A program made the position numbers and the translations under genes. Source: Schmidtea polychroa (Eukaryota). From it: a DNA stretch of 64,000 bases. Of this stretch, positions 38,439 through 53,090 are shown in pieces. Where the stretch lies: NCBI GenBank assembly GCA_044892525.1, contig CM097886.1, forward strand, positions 85,126,001-85,190,000, in the 5' to 3' direction. Positions within the stretch are counted from its first letter, which is position 1; every line of letters starts with the position of its first letter. The notes beneath the pieces were generated by a model. That model was given only the letters and a program-made list of their open reading frames with translations, ran no database searches and had not been told where the DNA came from.

Positions 38439-41400
38439 GATTAAATCTAAAAAGTGATAAATAAATTAATAATTGTATATTATTTAAACTAACTGATGTT
38501 TTTATTATATCGAAACTTCAACTAATTTAATTTACAAATTTAAACAATATGGACATAAAGCTTTTAAACTTTATTTCAAATGTTAAGTATATTCCGAAAA
38601 TAAATTAAGGGCAAGTCAATTGCACCAATGCAAAGGTTTATATATTTAATTTTATTTAATTTTTTAATTGTAGTTTTCTACTGTAATGAGTTATTTCAAA
38701 AGTGATTTTTAAATAATTTCATAATCAATTAAAAAGTTTTTAATTTAATAAAGATTTTTAAAATAATTTTTAGAATTTATGATGGAATTAAATAAAGGTA
38801 AGATATTTATAAAAAATGGAAAACACTCGTCAGCAATTCAATCAGGTGATTCTTTTCTTGATTCATTTTAAAAGTCTTCCGTATTTATTTGTTCAATTTC
38901 GTTTAGAATTTCTGTTTTTTCTTTTCAAGATTTCTTTTGTTGATTTTTGTTTTTTTAGTGTGTGTTTTCATTTTTAAATTGTTCGGGTATTTATACTCCT
39001 GTTGTGTAAAACAGATAGGAGTCTACACTACTTGAGTTTATTGTAGCTTTCTCTCGAGCACCCGATTATCCGTTGAAAACTGAGCTCAAATAGGTGCCAT
39101 TGATTCAGCACTAACATTTCATTAATGAAAAAAAATAATGACTTTATCAAAGGTCAAAAAATAAAAAATGATAAATTTTTAAGGTTTGTTTGTACCCTAT
39201 TCCTTGTCCCCTCATTGGGGTTAAATCGTCCAATATTTTTGTCACTCGATCTCCATTGCTTTCTTTATCGGTGATTCTTTTTCCGAGCATCTTCTGTTAC
39301 TTTTTGAGTTTTTATTTTTCCTGTTATTTCTGCTTTTTCCTATGAACTGTTGATGTCGATGGCTGATTTCTTTGGCTTTGTTTCAATTTCATTTTTCAAC
39401 TTTTATTTGTCACTGTTGACTCTATTATATTTGAGATTTTGTATTTCAATTTTTCATATTTTTTTTTCTTCTTTAAATTAGTATTTGCTTTCTTTTCGTT
39501 TCCCTAAGTTTTAAGCTTTTATTGAGGTCTCAATATATGAGATTCCCAACGTTGCACTGGTAACTATATAGGTCAATCAAATATGAGAACAAAGTCGGGT
39601 TAATGAAATATTTATTTAAAAACACAAAATATTATCAATTACAAATTCCGACTAAAATTTATTCCGTTGAAAGATGGTGCATGCTATATAAGTGTTATAT
39701 GTTGTATATATGCATGTTATATTGTTTGTGAAATTTTGAACGTTTTTGTTTTTGTATTGGTCGAATGTAAAAATTAATAAGGATCTTTCCTTTTTAGTTT
39801 ACATTAAAAACGGTAAAATTTTTGGGCTACCACTACTGATTTAAGGTTGCTATTTATAATTATTTTTTATACGTGCTAACATATGCAAATTTTATTTATT
39901 TATTTAAATATTGACATATATCGTAAAATCGTTATTGAAGAATTTTTGTTTAATTAAATAAATGTTTTTTTAATGAATTATGTTTTCCATGTATAAAAGA
40001 ATTAAATAAATATTAAATTTGTTTAATTATTGCGAAAAATTATAATGTTTCCTTAAAAATTACTATTTAATTTACTTTTCATTTTCAACATTAAAATGTA
40101 TTTGTTTATTTAAGTTTTTCAATGTTTATCCTCATTGCTCAAACCGAGCTGTTGCCAAATTCAATTTGTTCACTCCGGCAGAGCTGTTATTTATTTTATT
40201 TGAACTAAAAATTAAACTTAACTTAACTTATTTTTATTAAATTAATTAAAAAAAACTTGTTATAATTTATAATTTGAAAAATCTCCCCTTTTACATATAT
40301 AATTAAGTGTTACATAAATAAACCATAAATATAAAAACGACATCGATAATAAATTGTTCATTATATATAATTAAGTGTTCACCGATAATAAATAAACCAT
40401 TATTAAATAAGATATAAAAATAGTGGTGACATTGATAATAGGCTCATTCATCAACAGTTTATATATTTATTCTGCAGGAGGATTAATCGTATTTCAACAT
40501 TTGATAGTCTATCAGAGAAATAATTTTGCTTTAAACAATGTTATTATTATAAGTAAATAATTTTCATTAGGACATTGTATTCGATTTTGTATAGTTGATT
40601 TTGTATATCTTATTGACTGTGTATTATATGACTGCATATTTTATTTAAATAACCAATTTCATTTTAGATACATTTTCTTTCATCATAATATTTAATTTTT
40701 TGTAAAAAATAATAATAATTTTTAATAGAAATCCATTTAATCGAAATCCGTTTCCCGAACAAACACTCTTGCATTTAGTGCTATGAAAAGTAAACAATGA
40801 ACAAACACTATTGCACTTAGAGCAATAAAAGTAAACAAACTGCTACCAAAAAGGTAAATTAATTTTTTTGTCAAATTGTACCACTGTGAACTAATAATAA
40901 TTGTAGAATTAATTTCCTCAATTGAAAATATTTTCACAAAATAAACAGTAATTTGGAAAGACCTTAACAACTATATTTGATCAAAATATGTTGATTCATA
41001 AATTAACAAATGATTTCCGCAATAGAGATTTTATAATAATAACAAGATAGATAATACCAAAATAATAATAATAATAACAGACAACAAATGATAAATAATA
41101 ACAATAAATAATAATAAACAACGATAATATCAAATAAATATCATCATTTTCTATACGTTATTTTTTTATCGACAAATTTAAAATAAAAAGTTGAGGTATA
41201 TTATAATAAACCAATAAATTAATAAAAACAAAATATATAATTCCAGCTTGATAACATAAATAAATAAATTGATTAATCACATCCAAATTGTTAATAATTA
41301 AATATAAATTATTATCACAATATAATAATGTTTATCCCACTGTTGAGGATATCTAAATAACAATTTATAAAGAAATAAATCTTTTAAACCTGTGTTATAC

Positions 41401-41613
41401 ACAAATGCTATTCCTCACCGAGTGTTGCAATAAGCATTGTATAGTCACCAAGCAGAGTGTTGAATTTATTGCCAGTGTAAAGAGAAAGATTATTTGTAAT
41501 TAGCAATAAAGATTTCTGTTGTCAAGTGTTATTTGTGAATGGTATAAAGACACGCTTGGAGTCAGAGTAACATTTAAAATTATCACCAACTCAATAACCC
41601 AACACCACTAATC

Positions 41614-43666
41614 CAGTGGTCACCAACCTTTTAGTACAGAAGGGCACATTCCAAATTATCGATGGTGTAATGGGAACCATCTATTTTTTCAAGGTATATT
41701 TATAGTGACTTTCAAATTAACACTTTAAAGGCCGGCATTTCGCAAATCCATACAACAATGACGTGAATTCGAGTCATCGGCCATTGAAGTGTTAATAACG
41801 CAAATAATGTACAAAACAACATATTTAATTTAACGTATATTACCTTTATTCAATATAATTATATATACATTGTATATCTATAAAAAACTAAAATTACAAT
41901 ACCAAACAACTTTTATTAAGTCAATGTGATTTTTGGCACTGAGTATCAGTGGCCATTGTCTCATAATTAGGGATGTAAGCTGATATTCCTGTTCGCAGAC
42001 GATCATCAAGATGCTCGTCGGTAATTCGAGATCTGTGTTTAGATTTTATTATATTCATTGTTGAAAACAACGATTCGCATAAATATGTGGAACCGAAGAA
42101 CGATTTTATTTTATATGCCGCAATTTTTAACAATGGAAACTTTTTTTGTCAACTAAGTTCCAAAATTGTTCATCTGTTACATACAATTTCAGCACAATAT
42201 CAATTTTAAGATATAAATTCTCAAGTTCCAGATGCTCTGCTATTTCTTCAGTAAGTATTCCAATTGATGTCGCTAATGCTGTTACATTTTCCTGACTATT
42301 AAATGGATTTACAAGAAAGATGACTATTGGTTCTATAATAGCAAACTGTTCAAATCTTTTTTCAAACTGTTCTTTCAGCGTTTCAATGTTTCTTTCAATG
42401 TTTCACTTACCAGTTTATGCATATTTGGGAAATGCATGATGGATAAAATTTTCAAATGAGATATCCATAAATACAGCTTCGATTTAAATGAATTGATAGA
42501 TCCTATCATTGTAGCAACGTGTTTTCTTTTCCCTGCAGTTCCAAGTTTAAAGCTTTCAATTTGTTCATGATATCTGCGAGGAATCCCAAATCCATTAACC
42601 AGGAAGGATCGTGCAATTCATCAAAGTGTTAATTTTTAGATTCGAGGAATTTTTTTATTTCATCTATCAAACTTAAAAATCTTGTAAGCACTTTGCTTTT
42701 ACTGAGCCATCATACCTCTGCATGCAAGATAAGATCGGAATGTTCATCTTCAGTACCTTTCAGTACGGCCCTGAACAGTCGGTGTTGTAAAGGCGCTGCT
42801 CGAAAAGAGTTAACAATTTTCATTACGATCTTCATAATGTGAGCAAATGAAAGTATTTTACTGCACAATACTTCCTGATGGATAATACAATGGTACGTCA
42901 TAAAGTTGGGAAAGCATTTATATTTCTTGCGCAGGGCGACAAATTCGTTGATACTACCCACCATTGCTGGTGCCCCGTCAGTGGTGATAGCAAATAGCTT
43001 GTGGAGTATTCGTCCTTGCATTGGTAATATTTTCAACAGCTCTTATTTTATAGTGAAGTCATTAAAAACCATTCTCGCCAACTGTGCTGTATCTGATATG
43101 CCAGCTGAGTCGTCAAATTGCAAAGCAAACCAATCACATATTTCTAAGTCATTTTTTAGTTGAGTTTGCATGTCTGTTGAAATTGAATGTATTCTTCTTA
43201 TAACCGTATTGCCTGACAACTGTAAATCTTGTATTGCTGACATAATTTCAGGCTTGTTGGAAAGTCCCTCAAATAAGCACTCAGCGCCAGCAAGAAATGC
43301 TTCTTTTATCAGCTCTAGGTCTTGGTATGGTTTTTTCTTCTTTGAGAGCATATGGGAAATTTTAAAAGAAGCAATGGTGGCATTTTTAGATTTTACCAAA
43401 TGTCGATTGAAAATCGATTGCTGGCCAGATAAATTTAATTTAAGGTTTCTAATTTTGTTCTTTCTAATTTCTGATTTAACTGGATAATGAGTATCAAAAG
43501 TGCAATGGTTAGAATAGAAATGACGTTCAACATTATGTTTTTTTGCCACTGCAACTGTACTACCACACAATAAACAAACACATTTATCTTTAATACTGAC
43601 AAAACAATAGGATTCATCCCAATCTGTGTTAAAATTATACGTTCGTTGTCTTTTACTTGCACTCAT
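41614..43666 (-). mobile_element. hAT (Buster/SPIN-like) transposon remnant with disrupted transposase
   Basis: TIR-like CAGTGGTCACCAACC at 41614; BED-finger N-terminus CVCLLC...RHF, ITTDGAPAM, HCIIHQE, FGSTYLCESLFS split over several ORFs; partner TIR not found. Confidence 0.85.
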
Positions 43667-44469
43667 TTTAGAATTAAATTTTTTTTCACTTTTGTCATTA
43701 TAACCTTTCAACTGAATGATCAGAGAAATAATAAATTACAAGTTGATACCTAAATTTAATCTAATTTAAAAACAATAAACAATTAGTGGTCTCGCAAGTG
43801 TACAGCAAAATAACAAATTTAAAATCAAAAGAGGCGAGTACCATTATGAAAACAAAAGATTAATAATAAATAAAGAAAATATATAAACACAAATTACAAA
43901 TAAACCACATTTTTAGATGAAGGAGTTGACCTTAACATTAATTTAATGGTTTTTAAGGATAGAGAATTTTTTAACAGTTAAATCCATCTTTAGATCCATC
44001 TTTAAATTTGCAGCAAAAATCTTGAAACTAACAATATATATTTAATCAAAGAATTTATAAATAACAAGTTTTAATTAATTCACAAAATCCGCAAATTCCT
44101 AATTATTCAAACAACAAGCTATCTAACTTTAACCATATTTTTATAAACAACGAGGAAAGAAAAATTATAAAAATATTCTTATTATTATCTTAAAATTTCG
44201 AAATCTATCGATTTTAATTTTATTTTTAAATTAAAAAATTTCAATTATTTTGCTTTATTTACTTTTTTCTGGTAGCACACATAAAACAGCTGCCGGGCCT
44301 CAATTTCGTGTTTCTCGGGTGTGGGTGTGAGAATACGACAGTGAACCTTTTTCTACACCTAGACGATGCGGTCCGAGGGCAGCTTTTGAATACAACATGA
44401 AGTCCGCTGGGAAATAATACGTTAATTTTTCTGACGTTGATGGCGTCTGAACTTCATTAGTTGGCATGG

Positions 44470-45650
44470 TTTAAGGCACTAAGGTCATTGACAAAGCGGA
44501 ATTATCCGATTGAATGTTTTCAAATGGTGGATCAGAAGTCGTTGAAGCTGTCTGAGGTTGTACTACTACAGGTGAAGATTGGTCAGAAACTGTAGGCGTT
44601 GATAGAACTGATACTTCGAAGTAGAAAACTACTCCTGAATGAGAAATTAAGGACTCAGATTGCGCGGAACCTTCAGTGTTGCTTCCTGAAGTTGAAGGAG
44701 CAGGCCTATCGGTCACCGTGCTGGTGATGAACACATTTTCGGCAAAAATGTTTCTGTTCAGAGGAGATATACTTGACACCCTAAAGCCAGATGAAATATA
44801 AAGGGGTATCATTACTCACAGATACGCCTCTCCCACCAGTTGTGCCATTTTATAAATTGATATAGGCTTGCAAGGATGAAGAGTCATCCAATCACCAGCT
44901 GCTTGGTTGTAATCATTTTTGAATGACCCATAAACTGTTCTGTCCAGCGGCTGTCTTAGGTGAAATGGCCAACATCACAACAAAGTTTGCTACATCTAAA
45001 CTGACATGGCTTTCATGATTGTATAAAATTAGAAGGGCTTTTTCATCGTCGCGCGGATTGCAAAATTGAACAAAGTGATGCATGAATTTAAAAAATAAGG
45101 GTCCTGTCATCCATCCACTTACAAAAGTAGTTCTACCACTTCGAGGAGGTGCCCCTTTCAACATATTTAGTTGCCAATTTACCCTAGGAAAATATAAAAT
45201 AGGGAGGAATGTCTTTCCCTGCTGCATTTATGCTTTCACACACAGGCAGTAGTTCGCCTTTCAGCGGAGTTAATTTTACTAACCTGCTTTGTACCTTTAA
45301 GAGCAATGATTTTTTCAGGCTTATGAATATCTTTTACCTCGATCTCGCCGATATTCCAGAACTTCGCGCAATTTTTTGAGAACAAATCTGATACATTATG
45401 CTTGTTTAAAGCAGTTGGTAAACTTAAAATGGTTGCTTCTGGTGCTTGTAGTGAGAGCCAGCTATTTTCTTTCATAAAATTTGAGTACCAGCAATCGCCA
45501 GGCTCTCCATTAGCCTCTCAAGGCGGAGGATACTTTTTAGTTTTAGCCCTTACGTACTCATACGTTAGTTTTTTATACTTTTTTCGCGAGAGACCATAAT
45601 ATCTTGCAGACATATTTTTTAGAAAGTTGCCTAAATCTCCACAGTTCAGG
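44470..45650 (-). pseudogene. pogo-like (DDE_1) transposase relic
   Basis: LSLQAPEAT; KPEKIIALKGTKQV; SGWMTGPLF...LLILYNHESH with catalytic residues lost. Confidence 0.75.
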
Positions 45651-45753
45651 GTCATTAACCTGCCTGGTTGTAGCTCCAACTTTTGGTTTATATTTATTTG
45701 GCATTACTTAAAAAATCAGTTTTCCTAAAATTTCTTAAGTTGTTTATGTAGGA

Positions 45754-46100
45754 CAGTGGTTATCAATTAATATAAAAGCACGGAACAACATTCACATAAT
45801 TTTTTTACGCATAACACTGACAAAAAATTACTTGTCCACAATAAGTGACCAATCACAAATTACTATAAATCTGTCGTAAACGTAAGTAATGCCTTCTTAT
45901 AGGCAAAGAAAATACCACGCGCAACAATAACAAGCAATAAAAACACTTTTATAATTGTATGTTTATGTATCTGTGTAACGGCTTTCTTATTGAATCATCT
46001 TATAAAAAAATTAATTGAGGTTTTTGATGATATGTATGTTAAATGCAAATTTAAAGATAAAATGTCATTTTTTTTCGCGGAACACGGTTGAGACCCACTG
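45754..46100. mobile_element. 347-bp non-autonomous hAT-type MITE
   Basis: Ends CAGTGGTTATCAA...TTGAGACCCACTG; exact 8-bp TSD ATGTAGGA at 45746-45753 and 46101-46108. Confidence 0.88.
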
Positions 46101-47061
46101 ATGTAGGATATACAAATACACAGAATAGTGTCACTCATGAGGATACAGACTTGAGCCTATATAGACACAAATAAGAATGTAACTTCAGATTTGCAAGGAG
46201 ACTTGATCCAGGATCATATCTCCCATTGTTTGAAGAGATCAAGTCTCGCTGTTTAAAGAAAGTGTCACTGTAACCAAAGTCTGATACTTTTCTACAATTT
46301 TATTTATTGTTAATAAAAAGCAATAAATAAAAGATTTACTAAATTTATTTTAAATAAATGTTTGATATTATGTTGTATAATAAAAAAGTTCACTCACCAA
46401 AAAATCAAGTCAACAGTACGTGTAAATTCAAATTAACCTTAACACAAGTTTCGTCGTAAACAGCTCTTTGATATTTGGTTTCAATTTGGGTGTGTCAACA
46501 TCAAAATCGATGAAAAATAACCAAAAATAATGAAAATGTAAAATTTGAATTGGGAATCAAGTGTCCCACATCTCCCTTACTTTTAAATCAATACTGGTTA
46601 TTGTATTTTATGCTTTCATTTTATCCTTCAATTAAATTTTCCAATTTATATATACTAAATTAAGCAAGTAATTATTTTATAACATTTTATTATTATTGAG
46701 TGGAACCAGTACCATCACCATGATCTATACCTGGCACGTCTCACCGTTCAACTCTAATTGTGACTTTTGTTACCTGCTTCCAATCTTTTAAGAAATTTTA
46801 GACTAATAACATCAACAAACATTATCGTCACATACGTTTAGTATACTGAACTCACTAAGTTTCAAGGAAATATTTCTGTTTGTGTCTCTGTTCACTTTGT
46901 TGGATTTCTTTTCTTTTATCTGGTAAACAGATCTTCAACAGCAGATAATTCACTTCCGGTATGTGCAGTATCAGCACAAAACCACTCGTTTCTTGGTCAA
47001 TGTAGGACTTCAGAAGATTATTACCTTTTTTTTGCTAATTTATAGACAATACGCACAACTC

Positions 47062-48048
47062 GGTATAAGTATACAATAGGGGGGCCACTTTTTTATAAAT
47101 AAATATATATAGATATAAATATATAAATATAATATATAAATATATAAATATATAAATATAAAATATAAATATAATATAAATAATATATATGAACAATTAC
47201 AAACGGAAGTTTTTTTTGTAATTCAAAACTGCATATTCGTGAGCTTTTTCTATTGATGTATTTTTGGGGCGCGGAATGCTCCATTAAACAAGTTCAGCTT
47301 TTCACCGATATTTCCAAAAAAACTATAATTCAATGGTACCAGTATTTCAGAGATATTGCCAGTTGGAAGTTAGTATCTCAACCTTTATTGTTTGGTGGAG
47401 TAGATCATATAGTGCAAGCGGATGAGTCCAAGTTAATGAATTTGCTGCATAATCGTGGCGAACCGAGAGGGAATGCCCGCAGTGGGTGGGTTTTCGGAAT
47501 TCTAGACTATACTACGAAGAATGTACATTTTGAATTCGTTGATAATAGGACCCAAAAAGAAATTTTTCCGATTTTTTCGCGTGTTGTACTTCCGGGAACG
47601 ACTATTTGGACCGATGAATTCTCGACCTATACTGGTGGTCCCCGACGAAACCCAAATGCATCTACACCTTTAGCTAGACTGGGACCGTATGTACACCAGT
47701 GGGTGAATCACTCGGAACACTTTATTGATCCCCTAACCGGCGTTAACACCAATGGAATAGAAGGTTCGTGGGCCTTATGTAAAAGGAAATTTAAGTATAT
47801 GTTTGGGACTAGATGTAGCTTCATTCCTTCGTACTTAGATGAATTCATGTGGAGAAGAAGATTTTGTCGAAATGAGCGTGCGTTTGATGTATTAATCAAT
47901 CAAATACGTGAAAAATATGATTTTGGTGGTGTGTAATACCAAGTAAATATAAACGTAACTATGTTTTAATTACTTTAATATATTTAAATATTTATATCTA
48001 TATATCTTTATTTATAAAAAAGTGGCCCCCCTATTGTATACTTATACC
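47062..48048 (+). mobile_element. Merlin (IS1016/IS1595-like) DNA transposon, 987 bp
   Basis: TIRs GGTATAAGTATACAATAGGGGGGCCACTTTTTTATAAATAAA; exact 8-bp TSD CACAACTC at 47054-47061 and 48049-48056. Confidence 0.93.
47256..47936 (+). CDS. Merlin DDE transposase core, N-terminus apparently truncated
   Basis: VQADES, IWTDEFSTY, VNHSEHFIDP..GVNTNGIEGSW, YLDEFMWR. Confidence 0.8.
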   Translation: MYFWGAECSIKQVQLFTDISKKTIIQWYQYFRDIASWKLVSQPLLFGGVDHIVQADESKLMNLLHNRGEPRGNARSGWVFGILDYTTKNVHFEFVDNRTQKEIFPIFSRVVLPGTTIWTDEFSTYTGGPRRNPNASTPLARLGPYVHQWVNHSEHFIDPLTGVNTNGIEGSWALCKRKFKYMFGTRCSFIPSYLDEFMWRRRFCRNERAFDVLINQIREKYDFGGV

Positions 48049-48484
48049 CACAACTCTTCATAATGAAATTGTTTTTATCATTAGTTAGTCTTGTCAACTT
48101 ACTTTTTAGCCCTAATAAGTGATTAATTCATGCTTTGGTTGTAATTATTCCTCTAGTAAATTGGCTGGTTTACTCGTTATATCTAAAGCATTTAGTACAA
48201 ATTCTAATGCTTTTTAATACCCCAATATTCATCATTAACTGTACAATCATATCTACTGAAGAAGATAATATTGGCAGTAATACATTTTGAAAATATTATG
48301 AATTCGATTGCGTTAAAGTATTTAAAATTTTCATATTGATTCTATATTACTAAATTATATATGCTCATTTAAGGTTACCCATCCTGATATATATGAAGAA
48401 TACAAACAAACAGAGAAATACCAAATATTATATATTTATAACATTATATTATTGACACTAAATCACGCGTAAGCAAATGAAGAA

Positions 48485-48707
48485 CTATAAATTTTCTAAA
48501 ACAAATGGTTTTGATGCCTGCGCATAATGTTCCCTTTGCATAAATGTTATTTTCATGCCCAAGAGTTGCCCCAATTTCTTTAACTTATCCCTTCCGACTT
48601 TGACGTCAATCATGAAAAAGTGAATGGGAAATTCGTAATTACTGAGATAGCCGAATAACACCATGATCATTAGCAATAATTTATCTTTTTCATCTTTTCC
48701 AACTTGT
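48485..48707 (-). CDS. Paralogous alternative terminal exon of the RPA49-like gene
   Basis: Same length (223 nt) and phase as exon 50499-50277; 47/74 identical aa by manual alignment; same end ASKPFVLENL*. Confidence 0.65.
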
Positions 48708-50276
48708 CTTAACAAATTTTTTTAACATAATAACTCAAAAAAAATTCGAAATGCAAAAGAAATTCATTTAAAGGTTCGCAATAGATAAAAAAGCTACCGA
48801 GTTAATCTGTGTGTTGAAAAGCGACAATAATTTCAAGGTTTAATGATAAAATCAAACAAGTAAAATTTTTAACAAATTTAAAGAATATTTTTTATTGGAA
48901 ATTGACTTATGGATTATCGAATAATTTATATTAAATATATTATTTGCAGCAAAAGACTTAAATTATCATTTAATTGTTTAACATTTTAGTCATCGTAACT
49001 TTATACTTTCAAAAGGCCTGAGTCGGACAAAATACTTGGAAATACGGAATTTAGCTAGAATAAATGAGAAAATTGCCAAATCAATTGACAGAAGCAACCC
49101 ATATGACTCCACCTCCCCCACCTCTTACAGTGGAGTTTCACGAAGAGATCCCAACCCTCGAATTCCCCAATAAATTCGACCTAGATGCCTTATTGGCCAA
49201 AGTTGAAAGAGAAGGGCGGTAACAACCTAAGTCATTGTCATCCCGTCATGTGAATTATAATGAACTTTTGGCTCGTTTGCCGTGCCTTATGTTGTGTATA
49301 ACTATAACATTCAATGATTTGTCGTTTCTTTTCCTTTGAGAGCAGGGTTGACACAACTGAACACCCATCTAACCGCACCAAGAGATAATTAAGGCGTAAG
49401 ACCTTCTATCAGCCGCCTAGAAACCGAAAGGAAATTTGTGGGGCTGTAGTGTTAAGATAGACGCCCACCTACCATGTAATTATCCACGGAAGTTTAGCAG
49501 TACAATCCTGATCTCAGTCAGGGGTTCTCTGTTCGAAATAACGTAAAATCAAGTGCACATGCATATTGAGACCACTGCTAATATTTTATCCCCCAATCGC
49601 CAACAGAAGCAGCATTTTAGGATAATCCGAAAGATGTCTAAATAAACAGACAAAAACATTCCACCCGAGTTTTAGCACAGACAATATAGAATACATAAAT
49701 AACAAATTTTTGAATTTAATAAATCAATGTTAAAAAATCGATTTTAATAAATAATTGTTTATTGGCATTTTTAATATTTTAATAAATATTTCTAAACGGA
49801 TTGTTACTATTACTATATATATATCTATATAGGAAATGACAAGTGAAGATGAAAATTGAGACCTCGGCAGCAATCGATATAATAGAATGATTAAAATAAT
49901 ACACGATTACCAAATTGAATCTACCAATACATAATAAACTCAAAACTAAGAGATCATTTTCATAATGATGTTTGTAGAACCGGATGTATTTCACTTTCGC
50001 TTGTATGTCACTAGTAAGTGTGTGTGTGTGTTTACATTAATTGTATACATTAAGAAATCAATCAGCTGGTTCTACTATATGGAAACGCATGACACGAAAG
50101 TATGCAGAATAAGGCTGATACAAATGAACACCAATCTAACCGTAGCAGGAGATAATAAAAACGCAAGACCTTCTATCGGGCAACTAGAATATCCACAATG
50201 TATCGTTTCAAAAAATAAAAAGACAAGAAAAATTGAAATTATTATATAATATATTCAAGAAAGTTCAATATCTGCT

Positions 50277-50639
50277 TTACAAGTTTTCAAGGACAAATGG
50301 TTTACTGGCAACGGCATGATGTTCTTTGTTAATCATGGTTATCTTGATATTTACAAGCTGTGTAATTTTTCTTAACTTATCGCGGCCAGTTTTCATATCA
50401 ATCATAAGACTCGAGACCGGGAAATCATAATTACTCAAATATGCGTAAAGAATTATAACCATCAATGTCAATTTATCCTTTTCTTCTTTACCGATTTGAC
50501 TAAAAGATTTTTTAAATATATAATATAAAAATGACAAATAGAATCTATTTTTAAAAATAAAAAAAATTTCAAAAAAATAATTAAAATTTCTAGTCTTTGA
50601 AAATTCGCAATCATAAACTATTATTTATAAGTAGGTCAC

Positions 50640-50673
<34 letters not shown>

Positions 50674-51835
50674 TTATTAAATATAGTTATTTGAACAAAC
50701 AAGATTAAAAAGATTTTGATAAATTTCTTTTATAAAAAATAATTTAAAATACGAAATTAAATTTTTATAAAGAATTGTAGTTTTAGACAATAAATCTGAA
50801 GTTCAAAATCTAGTATTCATAAGTAGGTCATATAGAAGTTTAAATAAAATATATGTGTTAAAAGATTAAATACTAAATAACTTATAAAAGTTACACCTTA
50901 ATGGTTTTTTTATAATCCTTTTTATTTATAAAATAATAAAAATACTTACATTGATGGTTTTCCACCTTCAACTAACATCTGCTTTGAGTAATTCATGACA
51001 AGAAATTCAGTTGTAACTTCTGGACAACCTTCAATTGGACGCTTGGAACGAATTTTTTTAATAGGTAAACCATGGAATCGAATCATATACTCTAATAAAA
51101 TACAGAGCTGTAATTTTTTCATTTCAAACTTGGGCCATTTTTTCAATAAATCTAAAATACATTTGTGGAAAGACAAATCACCGCTGAGCTTTTCAATTTC
51201 TTCATAACTCATGATAATAATGGATTCGGCTTCTAACTGTAAACTTTCTAGAACTACTTGAGGAGCAATTGTGGAAAATTTAATACAATTATCCGCATCA
51301 ATCAAGCTTGACATAGAAGCTGTACATATGCTGCTGTCAAATGAACTATCCAATCTTTCAAGTTTGTTTCCTTTGGCTGCCTCTATTTTTTCATTTTTCA
51401 ATGCATCCCTATGAACGTCTTTTAATGTTTTGGTAGCTTCTTTATTAATATTAAGTTTTTCCTTTTCTCTTAACTGCTTTTGTGCTTTAGCAGATCCAAA
51501 CTCTCTAGTTAATTCAGCAAAGGAGTGGCCCAAATTGCTGTTAGTTTCTTTAGGCTTCACTGAAATCATTTTAAAAAATATTAATATGATAATATAAAAA
51601 TTATTGTTACATTTTTCTATTTCTGGATAAAATTTTAATGGTTTGCTTTCATAAAAATGCATCTCTTCGCCTGTAATTTTATGTGTTAGTGTTATGCGAA
51701 CATTTGAAGTTTCGTTTTCTTGTGAACTTTTAAAGAGAACATTATTTAAAGTAAACGACTATACAATTTTATATATACTTTAATAATTAAAAGTAAACAT
51801 ACGTAAACATTGTCTTCAACTTTCATGTCAGTCAT
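50277..51835 (-). CDS. POLR1E: RNA polymerase I subunit RPA49/PAF53; exons 51835-51803, 51758-51611, 51559-50950, 50499-50277 (337 aa)
   Basis: ELTREFGSAKAQKQL resembles A49 FGTKKAKKA; C-terminal DKLTLMVIILYAYLSNYDFPV winged-helix pattern; GT-AG introns join in frame. Confidence 0.75.
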
Positions 51836-52864
51836 TTCATTTTTTTTACCCAATGTTTGAGGGGCAGTAGGAAATTCGCCTGAAAAATTATATTATATGG
51901 ATATATTTTAATTAACAATACTTACATCGATGCATGATAATTTTTTATTTAAAACATCAATATTTAAACAAATAATTTTTTTGTTGTAGTAAGTCGTTTG
52001 AAATTTAATAAAAATTTTTTAACTGATGCAATAAAAATTTAGAACAAATTTATCCATAAAAATTTTTTAATCAAAAATAATTATTTAAATAATTAAAATT
52101 TGTTCAATTTTAAAATAGGAAAATTATTTAAAAAAAAATAGTTATTACATAAATTTATATAAATGTAAAAGAATTCTAACTTAAATATACTGTGACAAAC
52201 AAAGAAGATTCATTACTTGTTTTCATTAAGATTGTAACATATGCCCCATTTTGAATTAAAAGTACCCCATGAATACCAAATTAACATGAAATTAAGGATT
52301 AATATATAAAAATGTATTATTAAATTAATAATTATAAAAAAATTAATTTACTGGAAAAGTGACTCTAATAATGAAGTGTACAAATAAAAATTAAATTAAT
52401 AAAATATTAAAAATTAATAATAAAATGTTTTTTAATTTAATTCAAAAATATTATAAATAAAAGAAATTTTTAGAATCAATATTTAAAAGTTACAATTATA
52501 ACTCCAAGTTAAAATAGAAGACATTCATGATTTGTTTTATTAAGACGATAAGACATATATTTGCACAGGCACCAAATTTGGATTAGATTTACTTCACCAA
52601 TACCAAGTAATCCAAAGTACAAACACAATCTAAAGAAATTAGCAGGAAAACGTGTGCTCAAGTAATTGAATTGCTGAAACACAAATTACTTAATTTTTGA
52701 TAGAGATTCAAACATCTGGAATTATTTAGGAATCAGGGAATACAATTACGCACTTATTGCAACTTATAAAAATGTTGGTAGTTTAGAGGTGTGTCATCTT
52801 ATTTTTAAATGTGTTAGGTGTAATTATAGGTGTGGTGGGTTACTGATGATCAAATATTTTGCTC

Positions 52865-53090
52865 ATTTGTGCTGTTACCAGCGTAACCCAAGATACAAAT
52901 AACATTTTTCTCCGCTTGATACCCGTTGAGTGATCAACGTTGGTACTGTATCAAGGAGGAGTGCTTGCAAGAAGTGAGCGCGTTATCCACACTATAATTG
53001 TCGGACACTCCTTTGGGTTCTCGGACTACCGATAGAAGGCTTGCGTCAGACTTTGCCTGGTCCCTTCACCAGATTGTCTTCCCAATATCA
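52865..53090 (-). repeat. Dispersed repeat (possible LTR fragment), inverted partner of 57180-57390
   Basis: Shared blocks GCTGTT(A/T)CCAGCGTAACCCA, TTGATACCCG.TGAGTGATCA, CACTATAATTGTCGG, GGACTA.CGATAGAAG, ATTGTCTTCCCAA. Confidence 0.8.

Noticed and set aside
41614-46100. Pairing the TIR at 41614 with the one at 46100 as one hAT element
   Set aside because: Flanks differ (CACTAATC vs ATGTAGGA); 46100 pairs with 45754 through an exact TSD
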